A stretch of 63,942 nucleotides of DNA, counting the filler, from Caldilineae bacterium (GTDB lineage: Bacteria; Chloroflexota; Anaerolineae; DTLA01): assembly GCA_037446815.1 (NCBI GenBank). It is 3 parts of 3 records of this genome, joined end to end, with 100 filler letters (N's around TTAATTAATTAA, not from the genome) between each part and the next. Parts side by side here need not be neighbours in the genome. Positions count along the whole stretch, not along the records: positions 28,986 to 57,090 come from JBBIHX010000026.1; positions 57,191 to 63,942 come from JBBIHX010000158.1; 1 more part is not named here. One strand, given 5' to 3'. This document shows positions 49,703 through 61,646 of this stretch, in pieces; the stretch's first letter is position 1; each line of letters begins with the position of its first letter. A program made the position numbers and the translations under genes. The notes under the pieces are model-generated. The model was given only the letters and a program-made list of their open reading frames with translations. It had not been told where the DNA came from and made no database searches.

Positions 49703-52568
49703 TCTCCATCCACGCTTTCACGGTGTCCACCGTCGGAATCTTGAACTGACGCACGCGTTGGCCGTTGCGCAGGTAGCCGAACTCCTCCATCTTGCGCGTG
49801 ATTTCGCGATTGATGACGATCACGGCGCGGTCAATGGCGACGCGGGGGTTGGCCCCGTCAAACACGATGCGGTTCCAAACGTTGCTCAGTTCGCGTTCCT
49901 GCATGTAACTGCCGGGGAGGCGCACCGGCTCTTGCAGCCACTTCCACTGCTCCAGAATCACGGCCTTGTGTTCCTCGGGGATGTCCAGGCGGCTGAACGC
50001 CTCCAGATTGGCGGAATTCCACAGGTACTCGCGGCCGTAGTTCAACAGCAGCCGCTCCTGGAAGTCCGCTTGCGTCTCGGTGGACATCCACCACTTCAGG
50101 AATTGCCACGCCTCCTGGGGCTTGTCGGCGTCCTTGAACATGATGCTGGCCTGGGCCGAGCCGGTGGCGTAGCGGTTCTGCGTCCCATCGGGCAGGACTG
50201 TGGCCGGGTACAGGTCTATGCCCCAGAGTCCCTCAATCTCCGGCGCGGCGGTCATCAGTTTGATGTAGGTTTCAAAGTTAGAGATGCCGATGGGGATCGT
50301 GCCGTAACGGAAACTCTCGTAGAAACTCGCGGTGGTGAGGGGCATTCCGTAAATCGTGAAGCACTCCGCCATGAACTTGACCGCCGCGATGGCCTCTTCG
50401 CTCTGGAGGGCGGTGGCAAAGCCATCCTCGCTGTAGAGTTTGGCGCCGAAGTTGAAGAGGTAGGGCGCGGTCAGGAGGTAGCCTTTCAGGCCGCTGCCGC
50501 TGGACAGGGGGGTGTTGTAGTTCATGCCGTACCGCTGCAACTCCGGGAGAATCTGGATTACCTCATTCCAAGTGTGCGGCACGGGAAGCCCCAGGGAGTC
50601 CAGGATGTCCTTGCGATAGTACGTTACCCAGAAGTCCTGCGTTTCGGGGATGGCGTACACCGAATCGTTGATGATGTAACTCAAGAGGGCGCCGGGCGAA
50701 TAAATGCGGATGAAGGAATCAAAGTCGTCAAAGGAGCGCAGGTCGTACAGGGCGTTGCGGATGGCGAGTTCGTAGGGGACGTTGGTGCTGACGCCCAGCG
50801 CAACGTCGGGCTGTATGCCGGCGGCCTTCGCCAACACCAGTTTCGCCTCGTCGGGCATGATGGAGAACTTGACGCGGATGCCGGTCTGCGGGGTGAAGGA
50901 CTCGTCGGCCATGAGTTGCAGCAAATCCACGTACTGGCGCGGGCGGTTGACCCACACCTCCAGTTCCCCCTTGCCGGCGCCGAGGGATTGGTAGGGGTCA
51001 GGCCGGAAGGAGTGCAGGAAACGCTTGATGCCCTCGGCCATGGAAGCGATAGGCGAGGCGCTGGGGGTTTCGGGAACGACGGACGGCGAATGGATGTAGA
51101 TTTTGTCCAGCGCCAGAGGCTGATTCTGCAGCAGGGGCAGGAGCGACCCCAGCAACTGGGCGGCCGACCCAGGCCCCTCGGAGAAGCGGTTCATGTAGAC
51201 CGGAATCTTGTCGGCATTCTCGGACAGGAAGGTCAAGTTGTCAATGGCCATCTGATAGGTCAGGCTTTCCGGCGAGGCCCTGCCCTGATTGATGTCCAGT
51301 AGCGTGTGGGTGTCTGCGCTGAGGTGCTGGGCGATGGTGCTGAGGCGCTCCTGGATATCGGGAATGTAGTCGGAGATCACCCACTCCTTGTACGGGTCGC
51401 GCTGGTTGCCGGTCAGCCGTTTGATTTCCAGGGCCAGGGTGTTGATGTCGGCGAGGGCTTGCTGGATGGTCTCAACGGCGGGGAGATACGGGGCGTTGGT
51501 GGCCTCTATGCCGATGACGTTCGCGCCTTTGCGCAGGTAGATCTTGTACGGCGGCTGGCCGCCCAACGGCACGTTCACCCAGTCGGGCGAGTAGCGGAAA
51601 GGAACCGCGTTGAGTTGCTCAAAGGGCACCTCGCCGTTGATGGTGATGCGGCGGAAGACGGTGAAGTTGCTGCGCGTGTTCTGGAGGGCGCGCAAGGTGA
51701 TGGCGTACCACCCATCTTCCGGAACGGTGAACTCGTAATACACGGCGCTCCCGCTCCGAATCCAACTCTCGCCGCCGAGGGTATTGAGCAGCAGGCGGTA
51801 GGTGTCATACGGGGTTACCGTGAGGCTGCGGCTGCTGGTGGGGCGCACGGAAGTGTCATTTTTGTACGAGGGAAACTCGGCCTCCAGCACAAACGAGAAG
51901 CCTGACGAGTCTGGCCCCGGGTGCGATGCGAGATACTCCGCGTAGTCGGGATAGGGCGCGAAGGATTCCAGGTAGATGCTGCCCAGGTACAGCGCGCCCT
52001 CGGTCAGGGTGAACTGAAACTCGTGCGCCCCGGCCGATAGGCGGATGCGCAGGGGATAGGGCTGGCTGAACCGCACATCGCGCGCCGCGGCCTTGCTCCA
52101 ACGGACATCGCGCACCTGGCGGATGAGGGCGTCGTTGCCGTAGCGGTCCTTGGGGAAGGTGTTTACGCTGTTGCGGAAGTAGATTGGGAAGATGATGCGC
52201 CGCAGGTCGCTGACGGGGAAGTCGCCATCTATGCGCAACTGGCCCTCGGGGGCGTCCAGCACGGAGGGCGCGGCGGCCACGTCAAACGCGATGACAAACT
52301 CCCCCTCGGCAGGGATCGCGACCGGGAAGCGAAGGCTGTCCCCTCGCTGCAACAGGATGCTGGCCTTGTCGTACAGGCGAGCCGTTTCGTCGTCGGCAAG
52401 CGGCAGGCCGAACGTGTCCGCGCGGATTTCCACGACGAGGCGAGGCGCACCCCTAGGCGGCACAGGCCCCGGTTGATCGGCGTGGGGAGAGACCCCCGCC
52501 GATGCCGGGGTTGTGAGTATCAACAATGACGCGATAAGCGCAAGGATCCTGTCTGGCTTGCGGTACAT
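49692..52568 (-). CDS. Very large (958 aa) sugar-binding protein with N-terminal beta-sandwich domains
   Basis: Signal peptide; C-terminal SBP ([24 protein letters not shown]); N-terminal CBM-like segments (VPEDGWYAI). Confidence 0.8.
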   Translation of the reverse strand: MYRKPDRILALIASLLILTTPASAGVSPHADQPGPVPPRGAPRLVVEIRADTFGLPLADDETARLYDKASILLQRGDSLRFPVAIPAEGEFVIAFDVAAAPSVLDAPEGQLRIDGDFPVSDLRRIIFPIYFRNSVNTFPKDRYGNDALIRQVRDVRWSKAAARDVRFSQPYPLRIRLSAGAHEFQFTLTEGALYLGSIYLESFAPYPDYAEYLASHPGPDSSGFSFVLEAEFPSYKNDTSVRPTSSRSLTVTPYDTYRLLLNTLGGESWIRSGSAVYYEFTVPEDGWYAITLRALQNTRSNFTVFRRITINGEVPFEQLNAVPFRYSPDWVNVPLGGQPPYKIYLRKGANVIGIEATNAPYLPAVETIQQALADINTLALEIKRLTGNQRDPYKEWVISDYIPDIQERLSTIAQHLSADTHTLLDINQGRASPESLTYQMAIDNLTFLSENADKIPVYMNRFSEGPGSAAQLLGSLLPLLQNQPLALDKIYIHSPSVVPETPSASPIASMAEGIKRFLHSFRPDPYQSLGAGKGELEVWVNRPRQYVDLLQLMADESFTPQTGIRVKFSIMPDEAKLVLAKAAGIQPDVALGVSTNVPYELAIRNALYDLRSFDDFDSFIRIYSPGALLSYIINDSVYAIPETQDFWVTYYRKDILDSLGLPVPHTWNEVIQILPELQRYGMNYNTPLSSGSGLKGYLLTAPYLFNFGAKLYSEDGFATALQSEEAIAAVKFMAECFTIYGMPLTTASFYESFRYGTIPIGISNFETYIKLMTAAPEIEGLWGIDLYPATVLPDGTQNRYATGSAQASIMFKDADKPQEAWQFLKWWMSTETQADFQERLLLNYGREYLWNSANLEAFSRLDIPEEHKAVILEQWKWLQEPVRLPGSYMQERELSNVWNRIVFDGANPRVAIDRAVIVINREITRKMEEFGYLRNGQRVRQFKIPTVDTVKAWMENAR

Positions 52569-52685
52569 GGCCGAAGCCTCAATTGCGGTCTGCCGTCTGC
52601 GTGCGAGCGACGGCGTGATCGGTGATTTCTCGCCATTAGGAGAGTGCGCAAGAAGCCTCTAGTCGCGCGGCCACAGGGCGATGGT

Positions 52686-52728
52686 GCGGGCAGGGGAGCG
52701 CTGCTGACCCGCAACGCTCCCCTGCCGC
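52686..52728 (-). terminator. Intra-operon stem-loop after the SBP gene
   Basis: GGCAGGGGAGCG ... CGCTCCCCTGCC inverted repeat just 3' of the stop. Confidence 0.55.
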
Positions 52729-52741
52729 TCTGTACTCCGCA

Positions 52742-54175
<1,434 letters not shown>

Positions 54176-54286
54176 TTTTCCTCCTTTTCGTACTCTGTCA
54201 TTCATCTACTGGGTGGCGCAAGTTATGGGTTACGCAACGTCCGACTCTTGTACGGGTTACCACCTCCTTTCATCCGGCAGGGCCCG

Positions 54287-56671
54287 TCACGACCCCATCA
54301 CCACCTCCACGGAATGCGTCTGTCCATCACCGAAGACGGGGATGACTTGCCCTTCCAAGGGGCGCCCATCTACCGTGATAGACCGGATACCCTGATGAAC
54401 GTGATGCGGATTCTTGACTTCAATGTGGTACACCGCGCCGCGGAACCTGCGCGTAACCTTGAAGCCGGGCCAGTGCGCCGGAATGGCCGGGTCAACACGA
54501 AGCCCATCTTCCTCGGGGCGAATGCCGAGGATCCAGTGCGTGGCGACGCAGTGCAGCCACTGGGCCGAGCCGGTGTACCACGTCCAGCCGCCGCGCCCGA
54601 AGAACTCCGACTGCGGCCCGTCCACGTTGCCGGGCGTAACGTATGGCTCGGCTTTGTACGTGTCTATATCCGCGCTGCGGTTGGGCGGGCAGATGCGCCG
54701 ATAGACCTCATAGGCCAATTCGGGCTGGCCGGCGGCCACGTAGGCCCACACAGCCCACGTGGCAGCGTGGGTGTAGACGCCGCCGTTCTCTCGCAGCCCA
54801 GGGGCGTAGCGAGTAACGTAGCCGATGTCCGGGCGGGGGCGGGTGAAGGCCGGGTAGTTGAGCAGGGGGCCGTAGTCTTTGAGCAGGAGCCTCGTAACGG
54901 CACCCATGGCGGAGCGGGCCTTGTCAGCGTCCGCCGCCCCGCTGATGACGGCCCAGATGTTGGGCATGAGGAAGATCTGGCCCTCGTCATTGTTTCTGGA
55001 ACCGACCGGTAGGTCGTCATCGGTGGTGGCTTGGAGGTACCATTCGCCGTCCCAGCCGTAACGGTTGAGGGCATCCTTGAGGCTGGCGCGGACATCCTCG
55101 CACTTGCGAGCGAATGGCTCATCGCCTCGCCTGCGCGCGAGGGGGATGAAGTTGCCGAGGATCATGTAGAGGAACTCGGCTACCCAGAAACTCTCGCCCT
55201 TCAGAAGCGTCCCGACTGCGTTCAGCCCGTCGTTCCAGTCGTGGTCGCCCATCAGGGGGATGCCGCGCGGCGAGAAGCGGGAGAATGCGCGCTCTATGGC
55301 GCGCTTGCAGTGCTGATACAGCGACTCCGCTGGCGCGTTCAGGTACGGGACAGATTCGTCCAGGATGCCGTAGTCCGCCGTTTCCTTCAGGTACGCATCC
55401 AGGATGAAGGGCAGCCAGAGGAGGTCATCGGAGCAGTTCGTGCGGGGGCCGCCTCCGCGAATGGAGAACCACCAATGCAGTACGTCTCCCTCAACGAACT
55501 GCTGCGAAGCGTGCAGGAGCAGTTGCTTGCGGGCGTACTCCGGCTCGCTTGTCAGAAAAATCTGGCTGTCCTGCAACTGGTCGCGGAAACCGTACCCGGC
55601 GGATACCTGGTAGTATGCCGCCTTGCCCCACAGGCGGCACGAAATGGCCTGGTACTTGAGCCAGAAGTTGGTCATGAAGTTGAGGGCCTCGTCGGGCGTT
55701 TCCACGCGCTCCGTGTCGGTGAAGCGCGCCCAGAACTCCTTGACTTCTTGGAACGCCTGCGCGCTCTGTTCATCGCCTGTGAAGCGGGCGATGAGTTCGT
55801 CGGGGTCTTCCTTGCCGTTCTCGGCCGCTCCCAGTGTGAACACGAGGGTTCTCGCCTCGCCTGGCGCCAGGGTTACCTCCACCTGCAGGGCCGCGATGGC
55901 ATCACCGAACCGGCCGCTCCTGCCGTCCAGGCGCTCGGTGAACATGGCTCTGGGGGCGTCCTCTCGGCCATACATGCCCAGGAAGGATTCCTTGTCGCAG
56001 TCGTAGGATTTGAGCGGCGCACTGACGGCCATGAAGGCGGTGTAAGGCCAGTCTATGTTGTTGTATCGGCCTTTGTCATCGGGGAATCCCCACAGGTACT
56101 TGCGGGCGTACACCGCGCTGCGTTTCGTGTCGGCCCAGGTTTCAATGAACAGTTTGTGGAACTCGCGGTGTTCATCCGGCGCAAACCCCAGGAGCCACTC
56201 CACGTATGAGGTTACGTCCAACTCGCGGACAGAGGGGCCTGCGTTTGTGAGGGTCAGGCAGAAGACCTCCACCGGATCTCGCGCGGCGACGAAGACCGTG
56301 AGTTCGCTGAGGATGTCGCCGACCTGCTGGACGAAGCGAGAATAGCCGATGCCGTGGATGGCGCGATAGTGGTCGTAGGCGTGCATGACCGGCTTGTACG
56401 TTGCCGACCAGAAGTCGCCGCTGGCGCGGTCGCGGATGTAGAAATACTTGCCCCAGTTGTCCTTGACGAGGTCTTGGAATGCACGTGTGATGCGATTCTG
56501 GCCGGCGTTTCCCCGCCAACTGTAGCCGGAGCCGGTCTGCGAGATCATGAGGCCATAGTCGCCGTTGCTGATGATGTTGGCCCACGGGCGCGGCGTGAAG
56601 GGAGTGGTGATGATGTACTCGCGACCGTTTTCCGAGAAGTAGCCATACCGGCTTGGGAACTTTTCGCTCAT
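54287..56671 (-). CDS. GH94 glycoside phosphorylase
   Basis: TPRPWANII, GYGFRDQLQD, SDDLLWL, DWNDGLN, ENGGVYTHA, WYTGSAQW. Confidence 0.92.
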   Translation of the reverse strand: MSEKFPSRYGYFSENGREYIITTPFTPRPWANIISNGDYGLMISQTGSGYSWRGNAGQNRITRAFQDLVKDNWGKYFYIRDRASGDFWSATYKPVMHAYDHYRAIHGIGYSRFVQQVGDILSELTVFVAARDPVEVFCLTLTNAGPSVRELDVTSYVEWLLGFAPDEHREFHKLFIETWADTKRSAVYARKYLWGFPDDKGRYNNIDWPYTAFMAVSAPLKSYDCDKESFLGMYGREDAPRAMFTERLDGRSGRFGDAIAALQVEVTLAPGEARTLVFTLGAAENGKEDPDELIARFTGDEQSAQAFQEVKEFWARFTDTERVETPDEALNFMTNFWLKYQAISCRLWGKAAYYQVSAGYGFRDQLQDSQIFLTSEPEYARKQLLLHASQQFVEGDVLHWWFSIRGGGPRTNCSDDLLWLPFILDAYLKETADYGILDESVPYLNAPAESLYQHCKRAIERAFSRFSPRGIPLMGDHDWNDGLNAVGTLLKGESFWVAEFLYMILGNFIPLARRRGDEPFARKCEDVRASLKDALNRYGWDGEWYLQATTDDDLPVGSRNNDEGQIFLMPNIWAVISGAADADKARSAMGAVTRLLLKDYGPLLNYPAFTRPRPDIGYVTRYAPGLRENGGVYTHAATWAVWAYVAAGQPELAYEVYRRICPPNRSADIDTYKAEPYVTPGNVDGPQSEFFGRGGWTWYTGSAQWLHCVATHWILGIRPEEDGLRVDPAIPAHWPGFKVTRRFRGAVYHIEVKNPHHVHQGIRSITVDGRPLEGQVIPVFGDGQTHSVEVVMGS

Positions 56672-56736
56672 GGCGCCCTTCCGGATGGGAAGCGTTGGTG
56701 TCAGCGAGCCTTGATACGAGAACCTGCTGGACTAGG

Positions 56737-56748
56737 TGAAACGTTTCA
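56737..56748. promoter_or_regulatory. LacI-type operator
   Basis: Perfect palindrome TGAAACGTTTCA with central CG at the predicted transcription start. Confidence 0.8.
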
Positions 56749-56753
56749 TGCCG

Positions 56754-56782
56754 ATTATACCATGCGTTTGGTATTTTGTCAA
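56754..56782 (-). promoter_or_regulatory. Consensus promoter of the glucan locus
   Basis: Minus strand TTGACA-17-TATAAT with extended TG. Confidence 0.8.
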
Positions 56783-56804
56783 GTAAAATCGCGTTGTGTG
56801 TTGT

Positions 56805-57035
56805 GATTCGGCTCCAAAGGCTGTAGATAGACGCCATTGCGAGGGCACGTGCGACACCCTCACCCCAGCCCTGTCCCAGCGAGCGAGGGAGCGGCGCCCT
56901 CTCCCCGGCCTTCGGCCTCCCCCTCTCCACCAGCGGGAACCAGGGGGTGAGGTTGGGTGAGGATGCATGCTTCGCTCGCAAGGACACGCGAAGAGGGTGC
57001 GCCTGCGGTTCACCAACACACGATGAAACCGAATC
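56805..57035. mobile_element. MITE-like element with nested CCCTCACCCC hairpins inside the CATTGCGAG cargo
   Basis: TIRs GATTCGGCTCCA / TGAAACCGAATC; subterminal GTGCGCCT.CGGTTCACCAACACA shared with 27163-27314. Confidence 0.65.
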
Positions 57036-57050
57036 TCCTCTCCAAACCGC

Positions 57051-57079
57051 TTGACGCTGGGGCCAGAGTGTGCTACAAT
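57051..57079 (+). promoter_or_regulatory. Putative promoter for a gene beyond the contig end
   Basis: TTGACG-17-TACAAT. Confidence 0.5.
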
Positions 57080-57090
57080 AATGGCGAGTT

Positions 57091-57190
57091 NNNNNNNNNN
57101 NNNNNNNNNNNNNNNNNNNNNNNNNNNNNNNNNNTTAATTAATTAANNNNNNNNNNNNNNNNNNNNNNNNNNNNNNNNNNNNNNNNNNNN
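57091..57190. other. Artificial contig linker
   Basis: 100 bp of N with a central TTAATTAATTAA. Confidence 0.97.
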
Positions 57191-57316
57191 GGGTGAGGGG
57201 CGAGATTCCTCGCGGCTGCGCGGCTCGGAATGACAATGAACGTCAACACCAGTTGGGAACGCCGCGCCACTTGTCGCGTGCCCAGGCTGCCTGTATACTT
57301 CGCGCGGGAGGCGAAT

Positions 57317-58708
57317 ATGCGAACACTCTGGCTGAAGATCGTCGGCGTGGTTGCAGTGGCGCTCGTCGTGGCGCTGGGGGCGGTCGGTTATGCTTACAAT
57401 CGGGCGGCAACCGCCGGGTTTGGCGTGTACGTGAGCCGGGGCGGGCAGCGTTGGGCCGAGACCCTGGCCCCGCAATTGGAGGACTACTACGCCCGCACGG
57501 GGTCATGGGATGGGGTCGCCGCGTTCTTGGAGGCATATGCGACGCCCGGGATGGGCCGGGGCCGCGGCGCGATGGCGGGCGCAGGCGGCTTGCCCTACGG
57601 CCAGCGGGTCATCGTCGCGGACGCACGAGGCCGCGTGGTGGCCGACTCGTTCGGCGAACGGGTCGGGCAGATGCTGGCCGAAGACGACTTGCAGCGGGGC
57701 GCGGCGCTGTCGGTGAACGGCGCGCGGGTGGGCACGCTGTTGGTTGCCGCGCCGATGCTGAACCAGGGGCCGGAAGCCGAGTTTCTGGCCGCCGTCCGGA
57801 ACGGCATCCTCGTGGGTGGACTCCTGGCTGGGGGCCTTGCACTTCTGCTGGGCAGCCTGCTGGCATTTCAAATCACATTGCCATTGCGCGCCCTAACGCA
57901 GGCGGCGCGGCGGGTGGCCAATGGCGACCTGGCGCAGCGAATCGCGGTGCGTTCCCGCGACGAAGTGGGTGCCCTGACCCAGGCGTTCAACGAGATGGCT
58001 GCCGCGCTGGAGCGCAACGAGGCGGCGCGCCGCAACATGATTGCCGACATCGCCCACGAACTGCGGACGCCGCTGGCGGCCATACGGGGCAACCTGGAGG
58101 GAATCCTGGACGGCGTCTTCCCATCGGGGGCCGAGTCCGTCGCTCCCGTGTACGAGCAGACGCTTCTCCTTTCGCGCCTGGTGGATGACCTGCGCGACCT
58201 GGCGCTGGCCGACGCGGGCCAGATGCGCCTGGAGCGCGTGCCTGTGGACGTCGGCGAGTTGCTGCACAGCGTGGCTGCCGCGGTCCAGCCGCAGGCTTCG
58301 GAACAGGGCATCGTCGTGGACGTTGCCGTGCCGGGCCCCCTGCCGCGCGCGGAGGCCGACCCCTTGCGCATCCGGCAGGTGCTGCTGAACCTGGTGGGGA
58401 ACGCCCTGCGCCACACGCCGTCGGGCGGGAGGATTGTGTTGAGCGCGGAGGCCGCGGGAGACAGCGTCGCAGTGTCCGTGCGCGACACGGGGCCGGGGAT
58501 TGACCCTTCGGATTTGCCGCACATCTTTGACCGCTTCTATCGCGGGGATTCGTCGCGGGCGCGCGACAGCGGCGGGCACGGGCTGGGGCTGGCCATTGTC
58601 CGGCGGTGGGTGGAACTGCACGGCGGGCGCGTGTGGGCCGAGAATCCCCCGTCCGGCGGGGCGCAGTTCACCTTCACTCTGCCCGTCGCCCCCGACGGGA
58701 GTTTGTAA
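57317..58708 (+). CDS. HAMP-domain sensor histidine kinase (BaeS-like)
   Basis: 2 TM, HAMP, ADIAHELRTPL, QVLLNLVGNALRH, DTGPGI, IFDRFYR, GHGLGLAIV. Confidence 0.93.
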   Translation: MRTLWLKIVGVVAVALVVALGAVGYAYNRAATAGFGVYVSRGGQRWAETLAPQLEDYYARTGSWDGVAAFLEAYATPGMGRGRGAMAGAGGLPYGQRVIVADARGRVVADSFGERVGQMLAEDDLQRGAALSVNGARVGTLLVAAPMLNQGPEAEFLAAVRNGILVGGLLAGGLALLLGSLLAFQITLPLRALTQAARRVANGDLAQRIAVRSRDEVGALTQAFNEMAAALERNEAARRNMIADIAHELRTPLAAIRGNLEGILDGVFPSGAESVAPVYEQTLLLSRLVDDLRDLALADAGQMRLERVPVDVGELLHSVAAAVQPQASEQGIVVDVAVPGPLPRAEADPLRIRQVLLNLVGNALRHTPSGGRIVLSAEAAGDSVAVSVRDTGPGIDPSDLPHIFDRFYRGDSSRARDSGGHGLGLAIVRRWVELHGGRVWAENPPSGGAQFTFTLPVAPDGSL

Positions 58709-58798
58709 GACAATCGGCGAAAGTTTTTCGTTCCCGGGCAACCTGTCGCCCCAACATCCGCCACAAACGGCCCAGTGTCTATGGCTTCGTTCTGCTGC

Positions 58799-58827
58799 TT
58801 GACAAACAAAGCCCGATGTGGTATGAT
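58799..58827 (+). promoter_or_regulatory. Promoter of the ROK regulator
   Basis: TTGACA-17-TATGAT with extended TG. Confidence 0.65.
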
Positions 58828-58874
58828 GTGTGTGTTCGGTTGTCTCCTTGCGTATTCCCAGCGGCGAGGGCAAC

Positions 58875-60116
58875 ATGGATTTGGACCAATGCAGCGGGGC
58901 CGTGCACTTCGGCCGCATGCGCGAGATGAATCGCTCGTTGATCCTGAACGTCATCCGACAGGAAGGATCGGTCTCGCGCGCCGCCATCGCCCGCCGCACG
59001 CGCTTGAGCCGCTCCACCGTCTCAAGCATCGTTTCCGAACTCTTGGAGGCCAATCTGGTTCACGAGGTGGGGCCTGGCCGATCCAGCGGGGGGCGCCGTC
59101 CCATCCTCGTCAACCTGAATTACAATGCCGGCTATGTGGTCGGCGTGGACCTGGGCGCTACGCACGTCATCGTCCTGGTGGCCAACCTGAATGGCGATGT
59201 CGTGGCGCGCGTGGAGTCGGACTTCTCGGTAACGGTTGGGCCGGACGCGGGCTTGCGGCAAATCGCCGCCACGGTCCGCCGCTGTCTTGCCGAGGCTGGC
59301 ATTCCCACGGAGCGCATTCTGGGCCTGGGCATGGGGGTTCCGGGCCCCGTGGAATATGCCGAGGGGCGCGTGGTGGCCCCGCCCATCATGCCCGGATGGC
59401 ATGGCGTGCCTCTGCGCGACCTTCTCTCGCAGGAACTGGGTGTTCCGGTGCACGTTGACAACGACGCCAATCTGGGCGCGCTGGCCGAACATTGCCACGG
59501 GGCGGGCCGCGGATACGCCAACCTGGCGTACATCAAGGTCGGCACGGGAATCGGCTGCGGCCTCATCCTCGGCGGCCGCTTGTACCGCGGGGAGGTCGGC
59601 AGCGCGGGCGAAATCGGCCACGTTACTATTGACGAGAACGGCCCGCCCTGCAAGTGCGGCAGTTACGGCTGCTTGGAGAGCATGGCGGGCGGACCGGCCA
59701 TCGCCCTGCGCGCCCAGCAGGCCATCCGCGCAGGCCAGCCCACCGCGCTTGCTGCCATCCAGCCGCTGGAATCCATCACGGCCCGAGATGTGGCCCTGGC
59801 GGCCCAGAAGGGCGACAAACTCGCCCAGCAACTCTTCGCCGAGGCCGGCAAGCATATCGGCGTGGCGCTGGCAAGCCTCGCCAACTTGCTCAACCCGGGC
59901 CTGATCATCATCGGCGGCGGCGTGGCCCAGGCGGGACGCCTGCTGCTGGATCCGATACGCAAAACCCTGGAGCAGCGCGCGCTGCAACCTGTGGCCCAAT
60001 CCACGCGCGTTGTCCAGTCTATCGTGGGGCGCGATGCATCTGCCCTGGGCGCCGTAGACCTGGCTCTTGAGGAGGTTTTCCAGTCTCCAGCGCTCATCAC
60101 TTGCGCGGCGGCCTGA
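58875..60116 (+). CDS. ROK-family transcriptional regulator (NagC/XylR-like)
   Basis: wHTH SRAAIARRTRLSRSTVS, GGRRP, VDNDAN, GEIGH, CKCGSYGCLE. Confidence 0.93.
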   Translation: MDLDQCSGAVHFGRMREMNRSLILNVIRQEGSVSRAAIARRTRLSRSTVSSIVSELLEANLVHEVGPGRSSGGRRPILVNLNYNAGYVVGVDLGATHVIVLVANLNGDVVARVESDFSVTVGPDAGLRQIAATVRRCLAEAGIPTERILGLGMGVPGPVEYAEGRVVAPPIMPGWHGVPLRDLLSQELGVPVHVDNDANLGALAEHCHGAGRGYANLAYIKVGTGIGCGLILGGRLYRGEVGSAGEIGHVTIDENGPPCKCGSYGCLESMAGGPAIALRAQQAIRAGQPTALAAIQPLESITARDVALAAQKGDKLAQQLFAEAGKHIGVALASLANLLNPGLIIIGGGVAQAGRLLLDPIRKTLEQRALQPVAQSTRVVQSIVGRDASALGAVDLALEEVFQSPALITCAAA

Positions 60117-60268
60117 GCGATGCTATCATTCCGACAGACCATCACACTCGGCCACCGAGGTAGATTTCGGAAAGGGGGGATGTGCAGAACGAAACGACGG
60201 TGTGCTCATGCTACGACGCTAACTTTCAACGGTGAACCCATTCAGATTCACAACAAAGGAGTGAGAAC

Positions 60269-61576
60269 ATGAAGAGGAACCTGTACATCATCTTGGGCCT
60301 GCTCGTGATCGTGAGCATGCTCGCCGTTGCTTGCGGCGCCAAGCCGACGCCGACCGCGCCGCCGCCGTACCAGGCCAAGCCGACACCGACGCCGGAACCG
60401 ACCACGCCGCCCGAGCCGACGCCCACCGAGGCGCCCAAGCCGGTCAAGATCACCATCTGGCATCAGTGGTCTGGCGATTACCTGACGGCCATTGAGCAAG
60501 CGTTTCGGGACTACGAGGCCGCGCATCCGGGCGTTACCATTGACCTCACCAAGCCCGATGACGTAACGGCCGCGTTGAAGGTCGCCATTCCCGCCGGCGA
60601 AGGCCCCGACATCATCGCCTGGGCCAACGACCAGATCGGCGCCAACGCGCTGATCGGCAACATCGTGCCCCTGGACGACTTCGGCATTGACCAGAACTTC
60701 CTGGAGAGCACCTACGAGCCTGCGGCGGTCAAGGGCGTCATCTGGCAGGGCAAGATCTGGGCGCTCCCCGAGTCGCAGGAAGGCATCGCCTTCGTGTACA
60801 ACAAGGCGCTCGTTACCGACGAGTTCCTGCCGAAGGACCCGCTCAACTTTGACGAACTGCTGGCCAAGGCCAAGGCTTTCGCCGAGAAGAACCCCGGCAT
60901 GTACCTGGTCTGCAACCAGGGCCTGGGCAACCCCGATGCCTATCACGTGGCTCCCATCTACTTTGGCTTCGGCCTGCCGGGCTACGTGGATGACATGGGC
61001 AATGTCTACATGGGTTCGCCCGAGAGCATCAAGGCCGCCCAGTGGATGGTGGAGTTCAGCAAGTACGCGCCCAAGGAGACCAGCCACGACATCTGCAAGG
61101 GCCTGCTGACCGAAGGCAAGGTTGGCGCGTGGTGGACCGGGCCGTGGGCCATCGCCGACATTGAGAAGGCCGGCATTGACTACGGCATCGCCCCCATGGG
61201 CCGCCCGTTCGTGGGCATCAAGACGGTCATGCTCTGCAAGAACGCCGTGGATCGCGGCAACCAGGATGTGGCTCTGGACATCATGAAGTACTACACCAGC
61301 GCCGAAGTCCAGAAGAAGATCACCCTGGTCAACAAGACGATCCCCGCCAACACGGCCGCGCTCAAGGACCCCGAGGTCCAGAAACTGTACACGCTGGCCG
61401 GGTTCGGCGCGTCCCTGAACCTGGGCGTTCCGATGGGCAACTCGCCGTTCGCCAACGCGCAGTGGGGGCCTGTGGGTGACGCCACCACCGCGCTGTGGAC
61501 CGGCGCGCAGACGCCCGAAGCCGCCATGGCCGCAGCCAAGGAAGCCATTGAGAAGGCCGTCGCGGAGATGAAGTAA
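60269..61576 (+). CDS. Maltodextrin/cyclodextrin-type solute-binding lipoprotein
   Basis: Lipobox AVAC, PT linker, GEGPDIIAWANDQIG, YNKAL, GPWAI, PFVG. Confidence 0.85.
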   Translation: MKRNLYIILGLLVIVSMLAVACGAKPTPTAPPPYQAKPTPTPEPTTPPEPTPTEAPKPVKITIWHQWSGDYLTAIEQAFRDYEAAHPGVTIDLTKPDDVTAALKVAIPAGEGPDIIAWANDQIGANALIGNIVPLDDFGIDQNFLESTYEPAAVKGVIWQGKIWALPESQEGIAFVYNKALVTDEFLPKDPLNFDELLAKAKAFAEKNPGMYLVCNQGLGNPDAYHVAPIYFGFGLPGYVDDMGNVYMGSPESIKAAQWMVEFSKYAPKETSHDICKGLLTEGKVGAWWTGPWAIADIEKAGIDYGIAPMGRPFVGIKTVMLCKNAVDRGNQDVALDIMKYYTSAEVQKKITLVNKTIPANTAALKDPEVQKLYTLAGFGASLNLGVPMGNSPFANAQWGPVGDATTALWTGAQTPEAAMAAAKEAIEKAVAEMK

Positions 61577-61586
61577 AACCGGTCAT

Positions 61587-61626
61587 GAAGAGGGGAGGCC
61601 CCGAGCCTCCCCTCTTCCCTTGTTTC
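61587..61626 (+). terminator. Stem-loop after the SBP gene (partial terminator or mRNA stabiliser)
   Basis: 13-bp perfect stem GAAGAGGGGAGGC / GCCTCCCCTCTTC followed by CCTTTGTTT. Confidence 0.75.
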
Positions 61627-61646
61627 GGCAGACAAGGGAGGTCGCC

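Noticed and set aside
57317..58708. Orphan histidine kinase as a novelty
   Set aside because: Lies next to a contig start, so the response regulator may simply be outside this contig
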